From the sequence record SRR20825019_2198: 47,927 nt of DNA. The stretch is one strand, 5' to 3'. Below, one piece after another: positions 26,415 through 37,083 of this stretch. The translations under genes and the position numbers were made by a program. The notes under the pieces were generated by a model that ran no database searches, was not told the origin of the DNA, and was given only the letters and a program-made list of their open reading frames with translations. Position 1 is the first letter of the stretch. Each line of letters opens with the position of its first letter.

Positions 26415-28562
26415 ATGCAATTTTCATCACCACGTTTTCTCTTGGCCTCAGCCAGCCTTGCTGCCCTTGGCGCAACCTTCGCCCTCCCCGGCGCAGCTGT
26501 GGCAGAGCCTTCATCGAACAATACGGACAAGGAAGTCACCGAAATTACGGTTACCGGACGCGCGCAAAAGCTTTACCGCGTATCGGAAACCAGCGTTGGG
26601 CGCACAAGCGGCGACCCGCTTGATATCCCGCAGTCGGTTTCCATCATCAACGAAGCGCTGATGAAAGACCAAGGCGCGCGGGACATGACGGACCTGTACC
26701 GCAATATCGCGGGCATCACCCAGTTCAGCTATTCCGGTGTTACCTTCCGTGGCTTCCGGCAGGATCAGGTGTTCTACGATAGCCTTCACGGCAACCCGTT
26801 CATCGCTTTCTCGGTACCGAAACTGTTCAACATTGAGCGTGTTGAAGTGCTGAAAGGCCCCGCTGGCATGCTGTATGGCCCCGGCGAGCCCGGTGGCCTG
26901 ATCAACTATGTGACCAAAACGCCGACGGAAGATTTCAACGCTTCCGCGACGCTGACCGGCGGGAACTATAACCGCTATGGCGCGTCGGGCGAGGTATCTG
27001 GCGCTCTTAATAATTCGGGCACCATTCTTGGCCGCGTGGGTGCGTTTTATGAAAACATGAAACCCTTCCGCAACAACACGCACGAGAAGTCACTCATTCT
27101 CGATAGCGGCCTGACCTTCAAGCTGGGGGAAGACGCCAAGCTTATCACTCAGGTCACGCACTATGACCAGAAAATGCAGGGCGCGCGGCTTCGCGGCGTA
27201 ATGACCGACGATGACGGCAATTTCCTGACTGACATCAGCTGGAACGCCAATGAAGCGACCGACTTCCTCAACCTGAAGGCAACGGTCTATCAGGCTCGCT
27301 TGCAGGCTCAGCCCACAGATAACATCTCCACGGAAGTGGCTGTTCGCTATTTTGATGCGCAGGAACGCCAGCAATACCATGAGCCACGCGGCCTTGTGGA
27401 CACCGATGGTAACGGCACGCTCGACAGCTCGCTTCGGGAACTCAGGGACCAGCAGCGCGACACGGACGGAATGACCCTTTCCGGCACCGTAACGATTGAC
27501 CAGCCTATCGGCGGCATGAATAACCGCATCCTTGTAGGCGGTGACTGGTACCGCGAAAACGCTGATTTCTGGGCGCATACTGTTCCAAACGGTGACGTAC
27601 CTGTTCTTGCCCTTGAAAACCCGGTTTACGGCCTTTCTGGCGCACAGTTCTATGATCTGGACAGCTATGCCCTGCGCACCACGGAAAGCCGCTCCACCCG
27701 TTACGGTTTTTATATTCAGGACCAGTTGCACCTGAGCGACAAATGGATCGCCGTTGCTGGTGCCCGCTATGACCGGTACGACGACGAGAACCGCCTGACA
27801 GGCGACGGTTTCAACGATGGTGACTGGGCATTGCGCGCCGGGCTGATCTATCAGCCGCAGGATAATATCTCCGTCTATGCAAGCTGGTCTGAAAGCTTCG
27901 AGCCGCAAGGCATCGGCAGCCAGGATGTGCTAGCAGGCGGGCCGTTCAACCCCGTGACCGGCCAGCAAATGGAAGCGGGCATCAAGGTTGCGCTTCTGGG
28001 TGGCCGTGTGCAGGCAAACGCTGCCGTGTATGAGATCAAACGCCAGAACCTGTTGCAGCTTGACCCGAACGGGAACAGCTCAGACGGTGTAGACGACCTT
28101 GCCCCTATCGGCGAGGTGACAAGCACGGGCTTTGAGCTTGAGGTCGCCGCCGACATCACTGACTATTGGGTGGTGACAGCAAACTACGGCTACAATAACG
28201 CCCGCATCACTGACACAGTTGCCGGTCAGTCGCTCACAAACGCTGTGGGTGACCGGTTCGCAAACTCACCCAAACATCAGGCGGGCTTGTGGACGCGCTA
28301 TGAATTTGCGCCCATCGACACCACGCTGGCGTTTGGCGCTGAGTATGTCAGCAAGCGCCTAAGCATTGACGGCCAGACCGTGCGCCCTTACACCATTTTC
28401 GATACGTCGCTCATTCACCAGCTTAACGAGCAGGTTTCCGTGATGCTTCGTGTTGATAACCTCTTTAACAAAGAGTATGCGGCGTCGGGTTTCATCACCC
28501 GCGATGGGCACTTCCCCGGAGAACCCCGCACAGCCTTTGTTGAGTTGCGCTGGAAGCTTTAG
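26415..28562 (+). CDS. TonB-dependent siderophore-type receptor
   Basis: Signal peptide, TonB box EITVTG, DIPQSVSII, ERVEVLKGPAGMLYG..PGG.IN, NLFNKEY. Confidence 0.92.
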   Translation: MQFSSPRFLLASASLAALGATFALPGAAVAEPSSNNTDKEVTEITVTGRAQKLYRVSETSVGRTSGDPLDIPQSVSIINEALMKDQGARDMTDLYRNIAGITQFSYSGVTFRGFRQDQVFYDSLHGNPFIAFSVPKLFNIERVEVLKGPAGMLYGPGEPGGLINYVTKTPTEDFNASATLTGGNYNRYGASGEVSGALNNSGTILGRVGAFYENMKPFRNNTHEKSLILDSGLTFKLGEDAKLITQVTHYDQKMQGARLRGVMTDDDGNFLTDISWNANEATDFLNLKATVYQARLQAQPTDNISTEVAVRYFDAQERQQYHEPRGLVDTDGNGTLDSSLRELRDQQRDTDGMTLSGTVTIDQPIGGMNNRILVGGDWYRENADFWAHTVPNGDVPVLALENPVYGLSGAQFYDLDSYALRTTESRSTRYGFYIQDQLHLSDKWIAVAGARYDRYDDENRLTGDGFNDGDWALRAGLIYQPQDNISVYASWSESFEPQGIGSQDVLAGGPFNPVTGQQMEAGIKVALLGGRVQANAAVYEIKRQNLLQLDPNGNSSDGVDDLAPIGEVTSTGFELEVAADITDYWVVTANYGYNNARITDTVAGQSLTNAVGDRFANSPKHQAGLWTRYEFAPIDTTLAFGAEYVSKRLSIDGQTVRPYTIFDTSLIHQLNEQVSVMLRVDNLFNKEYAASGFITRDGHFPGEPRTAFVELRWKL

Positions 28563-28570
28563 GGCCAAAA

Positions 28571-29848
28571 ATGGAAGCAGTGGCAGGCGTAAAGCCAAAG
28601 AAAAAACGGTCGCTATGGTGGACCGTGCATCATTGGTCCGGTTTGAAGGTGAGCCTTTTTCTCACCTTCATTCTGGCGACGGGAACGCTTGCCACACTTT
28701 CCCACGAGATTGACTGGTTGATACACCCGGAGATGCGAGCCTCAGCCCCAGTGGGTGAGCCCGCAACCTGGGGCATGATGCTCGATAGCGCCAATAGGGC
28801 GGCAGAGGCCAAATCGCCCGGCGCACGGGTTGAACGCATCAGCGCGCCTTATGATTTTTTCTTCGCCGCAGAAGCCATCGCCGTTGATGGCAACGGTGAC
28901 CGGTTCCGCATTTACCTGAACCCGACCACAGGCGAGGTTCAGGGCACCACCGGGTGGTTTAATGCACAGCGCCTGTTCCGCGAACTGCACCGCCACCTCA
29001 TGCTGCCCACCAAGGTTGGTATCCCGATTGTCTCGGTTCTGGCGCTGCCGCTTCTCGCGAGCCTGATCACCGCTTTTGTGGTTTACAAAAAATGGTGGCG
29101 TGGTTTTTTTCGCCTACCCAAACTGAGACAACCCGGCAAACGCAAACGTGAAGGCGACACACGACGTTTCACAGGCGACCTGCACCGGTTTGTGGGGTTG
29201 TGGTCCATGTGGTTTATTGCCGTAATCGGCGTCTCGGGCCTTTGGTATCTGGTGGAATGGGGCGGCGGTAACGCGCCTGCAGCCATGAGACCCAAGATGG
29301 ACTTGCCTGTGGCAAGCCTTGACGGCCAAACGCTGAATGCGCAAGTGCACGCGGCCCGGGCGGCCTATCCTGAGCTTCAGGTCACCTCAATCTATATGCC
29401 CGACAATAAACGCGGCGGTGTTGTGGTTATGGGACAGGCGGAAGCCGTTCTGATGCGGGAACGCGGCAACGCTGTGCTGATCAACCCGGAAACCGGCGAG
29501 GCCATACAGGTACAGAAAGGCATGGACCTTAGCCTGCACCAGCGTATTTCAGAAGGCGCAGACCCACTACATTTCGGCTCTTTCGCCAACGACATGCCCG
29601 GGGTGGGTTTTGCCGTGCGGCTTTTGTGGTTTTTCGCGGGCATTATCCTCACCGGCCTGGCTGTTACCGGTGTGATGATCTTTACCATGCGGCTCAAGCC
29701 CGCTGATCGCCCCGTAGGCATCACAAAACCCGGCATGCTGGGTGATATGTGGCGCGGCATGGGGTATTTTGCCTTGCCCGCCGCGGCGGCTACATGTGTG
29801 GGCCTCGTGCTGGCGATTGACGCCATTTATAAAGCGGCAATGCTTTAA
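28571..29848 (+). CDS. PepSY-associated TM helix protein (iron-uptake/reductase type)
   Basis: VHHWSGL, LHRHL, LHRFVGLW, LHFG His motifs; follows the receptor. Confidence 0.88.
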   Translation: MEAVAGVKPKKKRSLWWTVHHWSGLKVSLFLTFILATGTLATLSHEIDWLIHPEMRASAPVGEPATWGMMLDSANRAAEAKSPGARVERISAPYDFFFAAEAIAVDGNGDRFRIYLNPTTGEVQGTTGWFNAQRLFRELHRHLMLPTKVGIPIVSVLALPLLASLITAFVVYKKWWRGFFRLPKLRQPGKRKREGDTRRFTGDLHRFVGLWSMWFIAVIGVSGLWYLVEWGGGNAPAAMRPKMDLPVASLDGQTLNAQVHAARAAYPELQVTSIYMPDNKRGGVVVMGQAEAVLMRERGNAVLINPETGEAIQVQKGMDLSLHQRISEGADPLHFGSFANDMPGVGFAVRLLWFFAGIILTGLAVTGVMIFTMRLKPADRPVGITKPGMLGDMWRGMGYFALPAAAATCVGLVLAIDAIYKAAML

Positions 29849-29855
29849 AGCGCGA

Positions 29856-30191
29856 TCACACGCCCATGCCGATGCCGACAGCCGCCAAAATCGGGCCCCA
29901 TGCCATGACCGGCACAAAAAGCACCGTTGGCTTGTGGCCACGTTCAACCTGCTGCTCAAGGAAACTGCGCACAGGCGATGTGCCTGCTGGCCCTTCGACG
30001 CTGTAGCGCAGGTAAAGCCCTTCCGAATACAGCTTCAGCTCATATCCGAGGTAAGTTACAAACGGTGCGGAAAGCACCATATAGGCAGGCACAGACATCA
30101 AATCCGCCCCCGTCACCACAACCAGTCCACCCAGAAAAACCATCAAGGCCACTGATCCCAGTCCGCTCCACAACATTGTCTTATCCCTCAT
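29856..30191 (-). CDS. Hypothetical small membrane protein
   Basis: Three hydrophobic segments filling the gap after PepSY; start uncertain. Confidence 0.5.
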   Translation of the reverse strand: MRDKTMLWSGLGSVALMVFLGGLVVVTGADLMSVPAYMVLSAPFVTYLGYELKLYSEGLYLRYSVEGPAGTSPVRSFLEQQVERGHKPTVLFVPVMAWGPILAAVGIGMGV

Positions 30192-30493
30192 ATTTTGGCC
30201 AGTTCCCAACCAGCCATCCCCACCGGGCATCACCATGAAGCGCTTGCTTGCCTGAACGAGAGGTGAACCCGATCTCAAAAGAAGTTATGAGAATGATAAG
30301 ACGCTCATCGGCGTAAACATTCGATTCGGTAAAAATATTCCCGGTATAAATTTTTCATCAAGACCATGTATGCGCCTGTGAGCTCATTGCTCTCCTGCCG
30401 TGCCCAGTTTGCATGCATCACCGCAGCAAGGCACGTGACATTAACGCCCTCTTTATGCGCTGGGCGCAGACACCAATCGCGCCCTTAGGCCAG

Positions 30494-30527
30494 CCTTTCT
30501 ATCGTGAACCCCTTTCTATCGTGAACC
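30494..30527. repeat. Perfect 17-bp tandem duplication
   Basis: CCTTTCTATCGTGAACC x2; a 9-bp CTTGATGAA x2 follows at 30544-30561. Confidence 0.9.
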
Positions 30528-30576
30528 AATGCAAACGAAACCGCTTGATGAACTTGATGAAAAGGAGGCGCAGTCA

Positions 30577-30801
30577 ATGCCATATAATTCACGCAGCGAC
30601 CTGCCCGATCAGGTGAAAGACAACCTGCCGACCCAAGCACAGGAGATTTACATGGCTGCCTACAACAGCGCCTGGGAAACCTACAAGGACCCCGAAGACA
30701 GGGACGGTGATGCTTCCCGCGAGGAGGTCAGCCATAAGGTTGCATGGGCGGCGGTGAAAGAAAAATACGAGAAGAACAATGGCAACTGGCAGAAAAAATA
30801 A
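30577..30801 (+). CDS. chaB: ChaB family protein
   Basis: MPY...DLP..V...LP..AQEIY..AYNSAW...HKVAWAAVK..YEK..G.W; AAGGAGG RBS. Confidence 0.92.
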   Translation: MPYNSRSDLPDQVKDNLPTQAQEIYMAAYNSAWETYKDPEDRDGDASREEVSHKVAWAAVKEKYEKNNGNWQKK

Positions 30802-30954
30802 CGCAACTCCATCAGGAGACCTTCTGCTGTTCACCAGTAGCAAACAGCGCTGGATGATTATCGGCTGCCTCAGTGTGCTGACGCTGGACTGGACGGATTT
30901 CCGGGGGCGCAGCATTCGGGGCTCATAACCCACAAGATCCAGGAGAAGTTGGCC

Positions 30955-31476
30955 ATGGCAACAGATAGCATTCATAAACGCGAAGAAGGCAGAGGCACGC
31001 ACCTGGCTGACTTTTGGCCACTTATTTGCCTCGTTGTTGTAACAGCGCTAGCAGCACTAGCTGTCACGACAGGCTTTTCAGCCACCGGCATGAAAGCTTT
31101 CATGCATGCCTATATGGGTGTGTTTCTGGTTATCTTTTCCCTGCTCAAGCTGTTTGACATGAACGGTTTCAAAGATGGCTTTGCCATGTATGACCTACTG
31201 GCCCGGCGTGCCCCCGCCTATGGCTATATCTATCCCTTTATAGAGCTGGGCCTTGGCCTTGCTTACCTCGCCTATTTCATACCAACCCTTATCTATATTC
31301 TCACCATTGTGGTCTTCTCGTTTGGCGCCCTTGGCGTGTGGCAAGCGCTGCGAGAGGGGCTTGATATTGACTGCCCCTGCATGGGCAATATTTTGAGCGT
31401 ACCGCTGTCAACTGTCACCCTCACAGAAGACGTTGCCATGATTGTGATGGCGGGCCTGCTGCTCGCAGGCGTGTAA
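30955..31476 (+). CDS. MauE/DoxX-family redox-associated membrane protein
   Basis: FSLLKL, FAMYDLLA, YPFIEL, CPCMG, TLTED. Confidence 0.82.
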   Translation: MATDSIHKREEGRGTHLADFWPLICLVVVTALAALAVTTGFSATGMKAFMHAYMGVFLVIFSLLKLFDMNGFKDGFAMYDLLARRAPAYGYIYPFIELGLGLAYLAYFIPTLIYILTIVVFSFGALGVWQALREGLDIDCPCMGNILSVPLSTVTLTEDVAMIVMAGLLLAGV

Positions 31477-31560
31477 TAACCTCAAGCTTTTGATACCTTG
31501 CAGATAGCAACTGCCGTTCCTATGTTTTCAGCTTAAAGCTCACCAAACGCTGGAAAATTC

Positions 31561-32256
31561 ATGCCCAAACATATCGGTATCGTCGGTTGCTCCGCTGAAG
31601 GCGCGGCGCTTTGTTATAAAACCATCTGCACCGAAAGCGCTGATATCATGGGCCCGCATGCGCACCCTGAAGTTTCCATGCACACACCCTCGCTTGCGGA
31701 TTATACGGCTTGTATTTACCGGAACGATTGGGACGGTGTGGGTGAGTTGATGCTCACAAGCGTCCATAAGCTTAAAAGCACGGGCGCAGATTTCCTCATT
31801 TGCCCGGATAACACCATCCATCAGGCGTTTGATTATGTGAAAGAGCGTTCACCGCTGCCGTGGCTGCATATTGCCGAAGTGGTGGCACAGGAGGCCAAGG
31901 CGCGCGGCTATAAGCGCATTGGCCTGACCGGCACCAAATGGCTGACGGAAAGTGACGTGTACCCGTCAAAACTAGGCGCACAGGGGCTTGAGTTTACACG
32001 CCCGCATGAGGCGGAGCGGGCGGAAATTGGCCGCATCATTATGGATGAGCTGGTTTACGGCACCTTCCGGCGTGAGAGCGTGGCCTATTTCCAGAAGCTG
32101 ATTGACCGGCTGCGGATTGAGGAAGGCTGTGACGCCGTGGTGCTGGGCTGCACTGAAATCCCGCTTATCATCAGTGATGAGAACGCCAGCCTGCCCACCC
32201 TTGACTCCACCCGCCTGCTTGCCCGCGCGGCACTACACCACGCGGTTGAGGCTTAA
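31561..32256 (+). CDS. Aspartate/glutamate racemase family protein
   Basis: ICPDNTIH and VLGCTEIP two-Cys motifs. Confidence 0.9.
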   Translation: MPKHIGIVGCSAEGAALCYKTICTESADIMGPHAHPEVSMHTPSLADYTACIYRNDWDGVGELMLTSVHKLKSTGADFLICPDNTIHQAFDYVKERSPLPWLHIAEVVAQEAKARGYKRIGLTGTKWLTESDVYPSKLGAQGLEFTRPHEAERAEIGRIIMDELVYGTFRRESVAYFQKLIDRLRIEEGCDAVVLGCTEIPLIISDENASLPTLDSTRLLARAALHHAVEA

Positions 32257-32261
32257 GGATT

Positions 32262-33824
32262 TTAGCTGCTCTGCGTTATCTGTTGCTTGCGGATCGCATT
32301 GGCAAAATCATGACACCGTGCGGCCAGATCGTCTGTGCGGGCACCAAGGAGCGCGGAAGTCTGGAAGGTTCCAACAACAGACTGCTCCACTTCATCCACC
32401 ACAGATTTGATCTGCCCCACCTGGCTGGCTGCATTTTCAGTTTCACCGCTGGCGGTTTGGGCCGCGCGTGCGATCTCACGTGTGGCCGCGTCCTGTTCTT
32501 CGATCGCCGCTGAGATACCAACAGCGTTCTCGGATATCTGACGAATATTCCGCGCCACCTGCTCCACCATCTCTACCGCTTCATGGCTGATAGACTGCAT
32601 GGCCGAAAGCTGGTCTGATATCTGCTGGGTAGCAGTGCCGGACTGGTTCGCGAGGCTTTTCACTTCGCTTGCCACAACAGCAAAACCTTTGCCTGCTTCG
32701 CCTGCGCGGGCGGCCTCGATCGTGGCGTTCAGCGCCAGCAGGTTGGTCTGGTTCGCGATATCGCTGATCATGTCGATCACGCTCGTTACCTTGTCTGCAT
32801 AGTCGGCAAGGCGGGCAATGGTTTCCGAGCTATCCTGCACGTGGGCCAGCGCCTTCTCCGCGATATCGCGGCTCTGTGAAACCTGCCGGGTAATTTCGCT
32901 CACCGATGCGGCCATTTGTTCCGCGCTTGATGCCACCGAGCTTGCGCTATGGCTCACCGTATCTGTCGCGCCTGTGGCCATACCCACCATGTCGCGTGCC
33001 CGTGCGGTTGAGGCCTGCAGGCCTTGCCCGCCTTCTTCAAGGGACGCATTCGCCTGCTGGATCTCAGACGCGATAGTGCCGATAGACAGCTCAAATTCTT
33101 CCGCAAGGTCATTAAGCTTCCGGGCGGCTTCCTCAGCCAGCCGATCCCGCTCTTCGCGGCGCGACGCCTGAAGATGTTCATTCTCTTCACGGGCAGCGCG
33201 CACCTCTTCAAGCGCGGCATCAGATTCCGCTTTTGAGCTTTCCGCTGCTCGCATCGACTGTTCTGCCTTCTCAGCTTGTGCAACCGCATCAGTATGCGCC
33301 CTGGCGGCACCCTCAAGCGCACGAGCCAGCAATACAGATAGCCACATCAACACCGCGGTTTCAAAAACCACGATCACCGCATGCATTACCACACGCAGAA
33401 AGCTTGCGCCGTCAGGAAACACCCACGCGGGCACAATGATATTGAAAAGCAGGTGGTGAACCGCCGTGACGCTAGCCGCCACGAGAATGGCGCGCCAGTC
33501 AAACAGCGCAGCGATCATGGCAAGGGCCGCGAAAAAATACATGTGCGCATCGATTTGCCAAGGGTGCCCCCGGAAGAGAAACACCAACAACGCCGCCTGC
33601 AGCACAAAACCTGAAGCCAGCGTGTAGCGTGTTATCTCTGTCGCGCCGGAGGTACGATACAGGCCAAAACCCGCAAGCGCGACCACAAGTGAAAGAATGG
33701 TGGTCAGGACAGTGCCTTCAGCACCAATGGCAAACCCAAGGAGCAGCATAATCGGCGCATGCAACAGCTGACCCGTGGCCAGCATTTTCACGGTTGTATC
33801 GCGTAATTCATTCAATGAGTACAT
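32262..33824 (-). CDS. Methyl-accepting chemotaxis protein with His-rich integral-membrane sensor
   Basis: [34 protein letters not shown] signalling tip; multi-TM N-terminus. Confidence 0.93.
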   Translation of the reverse strand: MYSLNELRDTTVKMLATGQLLHAPIMLLLGFAIGAEGTVLTTILSLVVALAGFGLYRTSGATEITRYTLASGFVLQAALLVFLFRGHPWQIDAHMYFFAALAMIAALFDWRAILVAASVTAVHHLLFNIIVPAWVFPDGASFLRVVMHAVIVVFETAVLMWLSVLLARALEGAARAHTDAVAQAEKAEQSMRAAESSKAESDAALEEVRAAREENEHLQASRREERDRLAEEAARKLNDLAEEFELSIGTIASEIQQANASLEEGGQGLQASTARARDMVGMATGATDTVSHSASSVASSAEQMAASVSEITRQVSQSRDIAEKALAHVQDSSETIARLADYADKVTSVIDMISDIANQTNLLALNATIEAARAGEAGKGFAVVASEVKSLANQSGTATQQISDQLSAMQSISHEAVEMVEQVARNIRQISENAVGISAAIEEQDAATREIARAAQTASGETENAASQVGQIKSVVDEVEQSVVGTFQTSALLGARTDDLAARCHDFANAIRKQQITQSS

Positions 33825-33831
33825 GGACCTT

Positions 33832-34176
33832 CTACTCCGTAATAGACTGAATTTTCAGGGCCAGCCGCTTTGCAGCCGCCACATCGCCGCCGCACCCAGC
33901 GGCAGCAACAGGGTTGAGAACAAGCAGCGCACCTTGCGCCATCAGGCGCCCGATACCGCCGCTTTCCGCCCCCTTCAAAAGGAAGGAGCCAGGCACAGCT
34001 CCCGCGTCAATAAGAAGCGCGTCTGCCAGAACGATAGCCTGCATTTGCTGCTGTTCTCCCATTGCCGGATTGAACAACACCCAAACCGGCCGGCCTTCTT
34101 TGGGTAAAAAGCTCTGCACCATCAATGTCAAAAATATACCTGCCGTCAGAATCAGAGACGGAATCAACGCTCGCAT
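33832..34176 (-). CDS. Hypothetical small membrane-anchored protein co-transcribed with the MCP
   Basis: N-terminal [24 protein letters not shown]; 7 bp gap to the MCP. Confidence 0.7.
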   Translation of the reverse strand: MRALIPSLILTAGIFLTLMVQSFLPKEGRPVWVLFNPAMGEQQQMQAIVLADALLIDAGAVPGSFLLKGAESGGIGRLMAQGALLVLNPVAAAGCGGDVAAAKRLALKIQSITE

Positions 34177-34276
34177 GAACTGGGTCGACCTTCCCGCTGA
34201 ACAGACGCTGATCTCTTTCGATCTCATTCATCCGCACAACAACGCTCGACCCCCTTTTCTTATACGCCAGCACGCC

Positions 34277-34291
34277 TTAACAGTTCACTAA
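34277..34291. promoter_or_regulatory. CtrA-like box upstream of the chemotaxis operon
   Basis: Minus strand TTAG-tgaactg-TTAAg, one mismatch to TTAA-N7-TTAA. Confidence 0.4.
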
Positions 34292-34456
34292 ATTCAGCCA
34301 CTGGTATTCGCAACACGTTCGGAAACCCGTTGGGTAATAAACCTTTAAGGTTTGCCCGGCTAGCGCTCGGCTGCACGCAGGAAATATACAGCCCGTACAA
34401 CGTGCCTACGCCTGTGACGCCGCCTTAACTCACTCAATCTTATCAGGGGAAATAAA

Positions 34457-34532
34457 TGGTGGTCGGTATTGGGTTCGAACCAACGACCTCATCGATGTCA
34501 ACGATGCGCTCTACCAACTGAGCTAACCGACC
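34457..34532 (-). tRNA. tRNA-Val(GAC)
   Basis: GGTCGGTTAGCTCAGTTGGTAGAGCGCATCG-TTGACAT-CGATGAGGTCGTTGGTTCGAACCCAATACCGACCACCA, 76 nt, encoded CCA. Confidence 0.97.
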
Positions 34533-34641
34533 GTACCATTTCATAAGAGCCGTGCATAACCATGCAGGACGGGTGCGTGTTTACACCGCACATAAAAGCC
34601 ACGCAAGATCATTTTTACAGTTTTAAGGCTGGCCCCGCCCC

Positions 34642-36903
34642 CTAGAACGGCCGCCCGAGATACATGAAGGCGGAGACCTGGGCATCAGCCTGCCCTGTGG
34701 TATAGCCTGAACCCAGATAAAGCGGCCCGATGGGCGTATCCGCGCCCAGAAACACACTGCCGCCATAGCGCAGTTTGCTGAATTCGATATCCGACGACCG
34801 GTTCCATGTATTGCCTGCCTCAAGGGAGAGGCCCGCATATATCGGCACACCAAAAAGCGAGGCAACCCCGCCGTGGTTCAGGCGGCGATAATAAGCAAGC
34901 CCGGCCACGCCGTAATATTTACCGCTGATCTGGTCTGGCCGAAGGCCGGAAAGGTTGAGGAACCCGCCAAGGGAGAAGTTATCCGTTTCTGTCTCGTCGC
35001 CACCATAGGCCATGCCCGAGCTTACAAACCCGGTGAGCGTATTGCGGCCCCATGTCATGGTGTGGCTGTAGGCCGCTTCAAGCTTGTTGACGGTAGATTC
35101 ACCGCCAAGGAAGGTGCGGCCATCTGAATATTCGATGGTCAGGCCGCTGCCCCTGTGGGGGAAATCTGCGTTATCGAAAGTATCTGTCTCAAGCTTGGCA
35201 TAAATGCTGGCGGAATGGATGGAGAAGGCCGGAAATTCAAAATCAGGCGTATAGACCTTGGCGCGTGCAATGCCGCGCTGAAGCCCCACGGTGATGCGGC
35301 CAATGTTGGACAGGTTGCGGCCAACACCGAGCTTCAGATCACCGTCTGTTACCCGCGCGTCTGCCACCGTCACGCCCCGGTCGTTGGTGATACCCCGCAC
35401 CACGCTTGCTGCCGTGAAGGAGGTGATGGCAAAATAATCCTGCGTGGCGTTCAGCGGCTGGTAGAACTCTGTGTTTGCCGCAAGGATATCACCCACCTGT
35501 GCCCGAACCCGCCATTCCGCACCCAGGGAATTGAGCCCCAAGACCGTATAGCTGGCGGCGATGTTATAGTGGTTATTGCCGGAAAAATCGTCGCTCAGTG
35601 AAAGCCCGAACCGCACGAATTTTTTGCCAACAGACCGCTCTTTCGCCTCAATATGGATACCGGTTTCTGCCCCGCGTTCGAGTATGCGATATTCCACCCG
35701 GTCAAAATAACCGGTGCCGTAAATGCGGGTCAGGTCATCCGAAAGTTGCGCTTCATTCAGCGGCTCGTCTTTGTCATGACGAATGAGGGAACGGATATAT
35801 TTATCCGGCAGGCTGCTTGAATTGTCGACTGTGATGAAATCGATGGTTGGTGGTTCAAATTCCACCACGCGGCTTGTCTTGTGAGACTGCCACTCAGCGT
35901 CAGGCAGCGCAAGGGCGTTCAGGGCTTCGCTGACTTCCTGGGCGGAAGCATAGCCTTCCGGGATGGCGGATGTCGCGAGGTGAAAGTCCGTCAGCCTCAT
36001 GTCCTTGAGGTCGGGCTTGAGGAGAATGTCACTCTCTGTCAGCTCATCAAGCTGGGCTTGTCTGTTCTTGAGCGTGAGCAGCGACAACAACTGCCCAAAC
36101 ACCTTGGGGAAGGAGGTTATCTCATCCCTCTCGGCGAGCGGCGTCCCGATATCAACGAGAATGACGATATCTGCGCCCATATCCTTCGCGACCGTGACCG
36201 GCATATTGTTCACCAGCCCGCCATCCACCAGCATGTGCCCTTCACGGTCAACCGGCGGGAAAAGACCCGGCACCGCCATGCTGGCCAGCACAGCACTTGC
36301 AATGTCGCCTGAGCCCATCACAACCTCACCACCGGTTTCAAGGTCGGTTGCCACAGCGCGAAAAGGGATGGGCAACTCATCAAAATTCTGGATATGCGCC
36401 ACGCGGGAGAGATACCGTCGCAGCATCAGCCTGAGTTGGTTGCCGCGCACCAGCCCTTGCGGCAGCGCGAGGCCCTTCTCCCCCACGCTAAATTCAAAAT
36501 CGAGCGCGGTTTCGTCATCATCCAGCTTACGCTGGTAACTGCGGCCGGAGCGCGGGGCGTTATCGCTGAGGAGGTTTTCCCAGTCCATCAGCGCAAGCGC
36601 AACCTCAAGTTCGTCTGCCGTATAGCCCGCCGCATAGAAGGAGCCTACAATCGCGCCAAAACTTGTGCCTGTAATATAGTCAACAGGCACCTGATGTTCC
36701 TCAAGCGCTTTCAGCACACCAATATGCGCCCCCCCGCGCGCGCCGCCACCCGCGAGCACGAGCCCGATTTTGGGCCGTTCAAGCCGCTCTTCTTCTGCGC
36801 CAGAGACCTGCGCAGCACCGCCACCCGGGGTTAGAAAAAGTGCGCCAACGAGCATTACCCAAAATGGTTGAACCCAGCGTTTGCAGATAGAGCCCACAGT
36901 CAA
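34642..36903 (-). CDS. Patatin-like phospholipase with POTRA and Omp85-type barrel (PlpD/type Vd-like)
   Basis: GGGARG, GTSFG, DGG motifs; POTRA-like region; FSLGGF, DTPIGPLY; C-terminal Phe. Confidence 0.88.
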   Translation of the reverse strand: MTVGSICKRWVQPFWVMLVGALFLTPGGGAAQVSGAEEERLERPKIGLVLAGGGARGGAHIGVLKALEEHQVPVDYITGTSFGAIVGSFYAAGYTADELEVALALMDWENLLSDNAPRSGRSYQRKLDDDETALDFEFSVGEKGLALPQGLVRGNQLRLMLRRYLSRVAHIQNFDELPIPFRAVATDLETGGEVVMGSGDIASAVLASMAVPGLFPPVDREGHMLVDGGLVNNMPVTVAKDMGADIVILVDIGTPLAERDEITSFPKVFGQLLSLLTLKNRQAQLDELTESDILLKPDLKDMRLTDFHLATSAIPEGYASAQEVSEALNALALPDAEWQSHKTSRVVEFEPPTIDFITVDNSSSLPDKYIRSLIRHDKDEPLNEAQLSDDLTRIYGTGYFDRVEYRILERGAETGIHIEAKERSVGKKFVRFGLSLSDDFSGNNHYNIAASYTVLGLNSLGAEWRVRAQVGDILAANTEFYQPLNATQDYFAITSFTAASVVRGITNDRGVTVADARVTDGDLKLGVGRNLSNIGRITVGLQRGIARAKVYTPDFEFPAFSIHSASIYAKLETDTFDNADFPHRGSGLTIEYSDGRTFLGGESTVNKLEAAYSHTMTWGRNTLTGFVSSGMAYGGDETETDNFSLGGFLNLSGLRPDQISGKYYGVAGLAYYRRLNHGGVASLFGVPIYAGLSLEAGNTWNRSSDIEFSKLRYGGSVFLGADTPIGPLYLGSGYTTGQADAQVSAFMYLGRPF

Positions 36904-37083
36904 TTCCCCCAGGAACGGCGTTTCACAACGTGCATCACGCCAACCGCCATCTTTTAGAACCAGTCTCGTTTGTCAACACAATGTGAGATCAATGGGCTCG
37001 TCAAAACTTGCCAAAACTTCTCGGTGACTTGGCCCCCATTTCACGTTAGCGTTGGCCTATTGCTTCACCAGTTGGACAAAAGA

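Noticed and set aside
30494-30561. Tandem repeats as a CRISPR remnant
   Set aside because: No spacers, only two adjacent copies, no cas genes
30955-31476. Methylamine utilisation (mau) cluster
   Set aside because: MauE-like domain only; no methylamine dehydrogenase genes nearby
34457-34532. tRNA-Val as a genomic-island integration site
   Set aside because: No integrase and no duplicated tRNA 3' end noticed in the window
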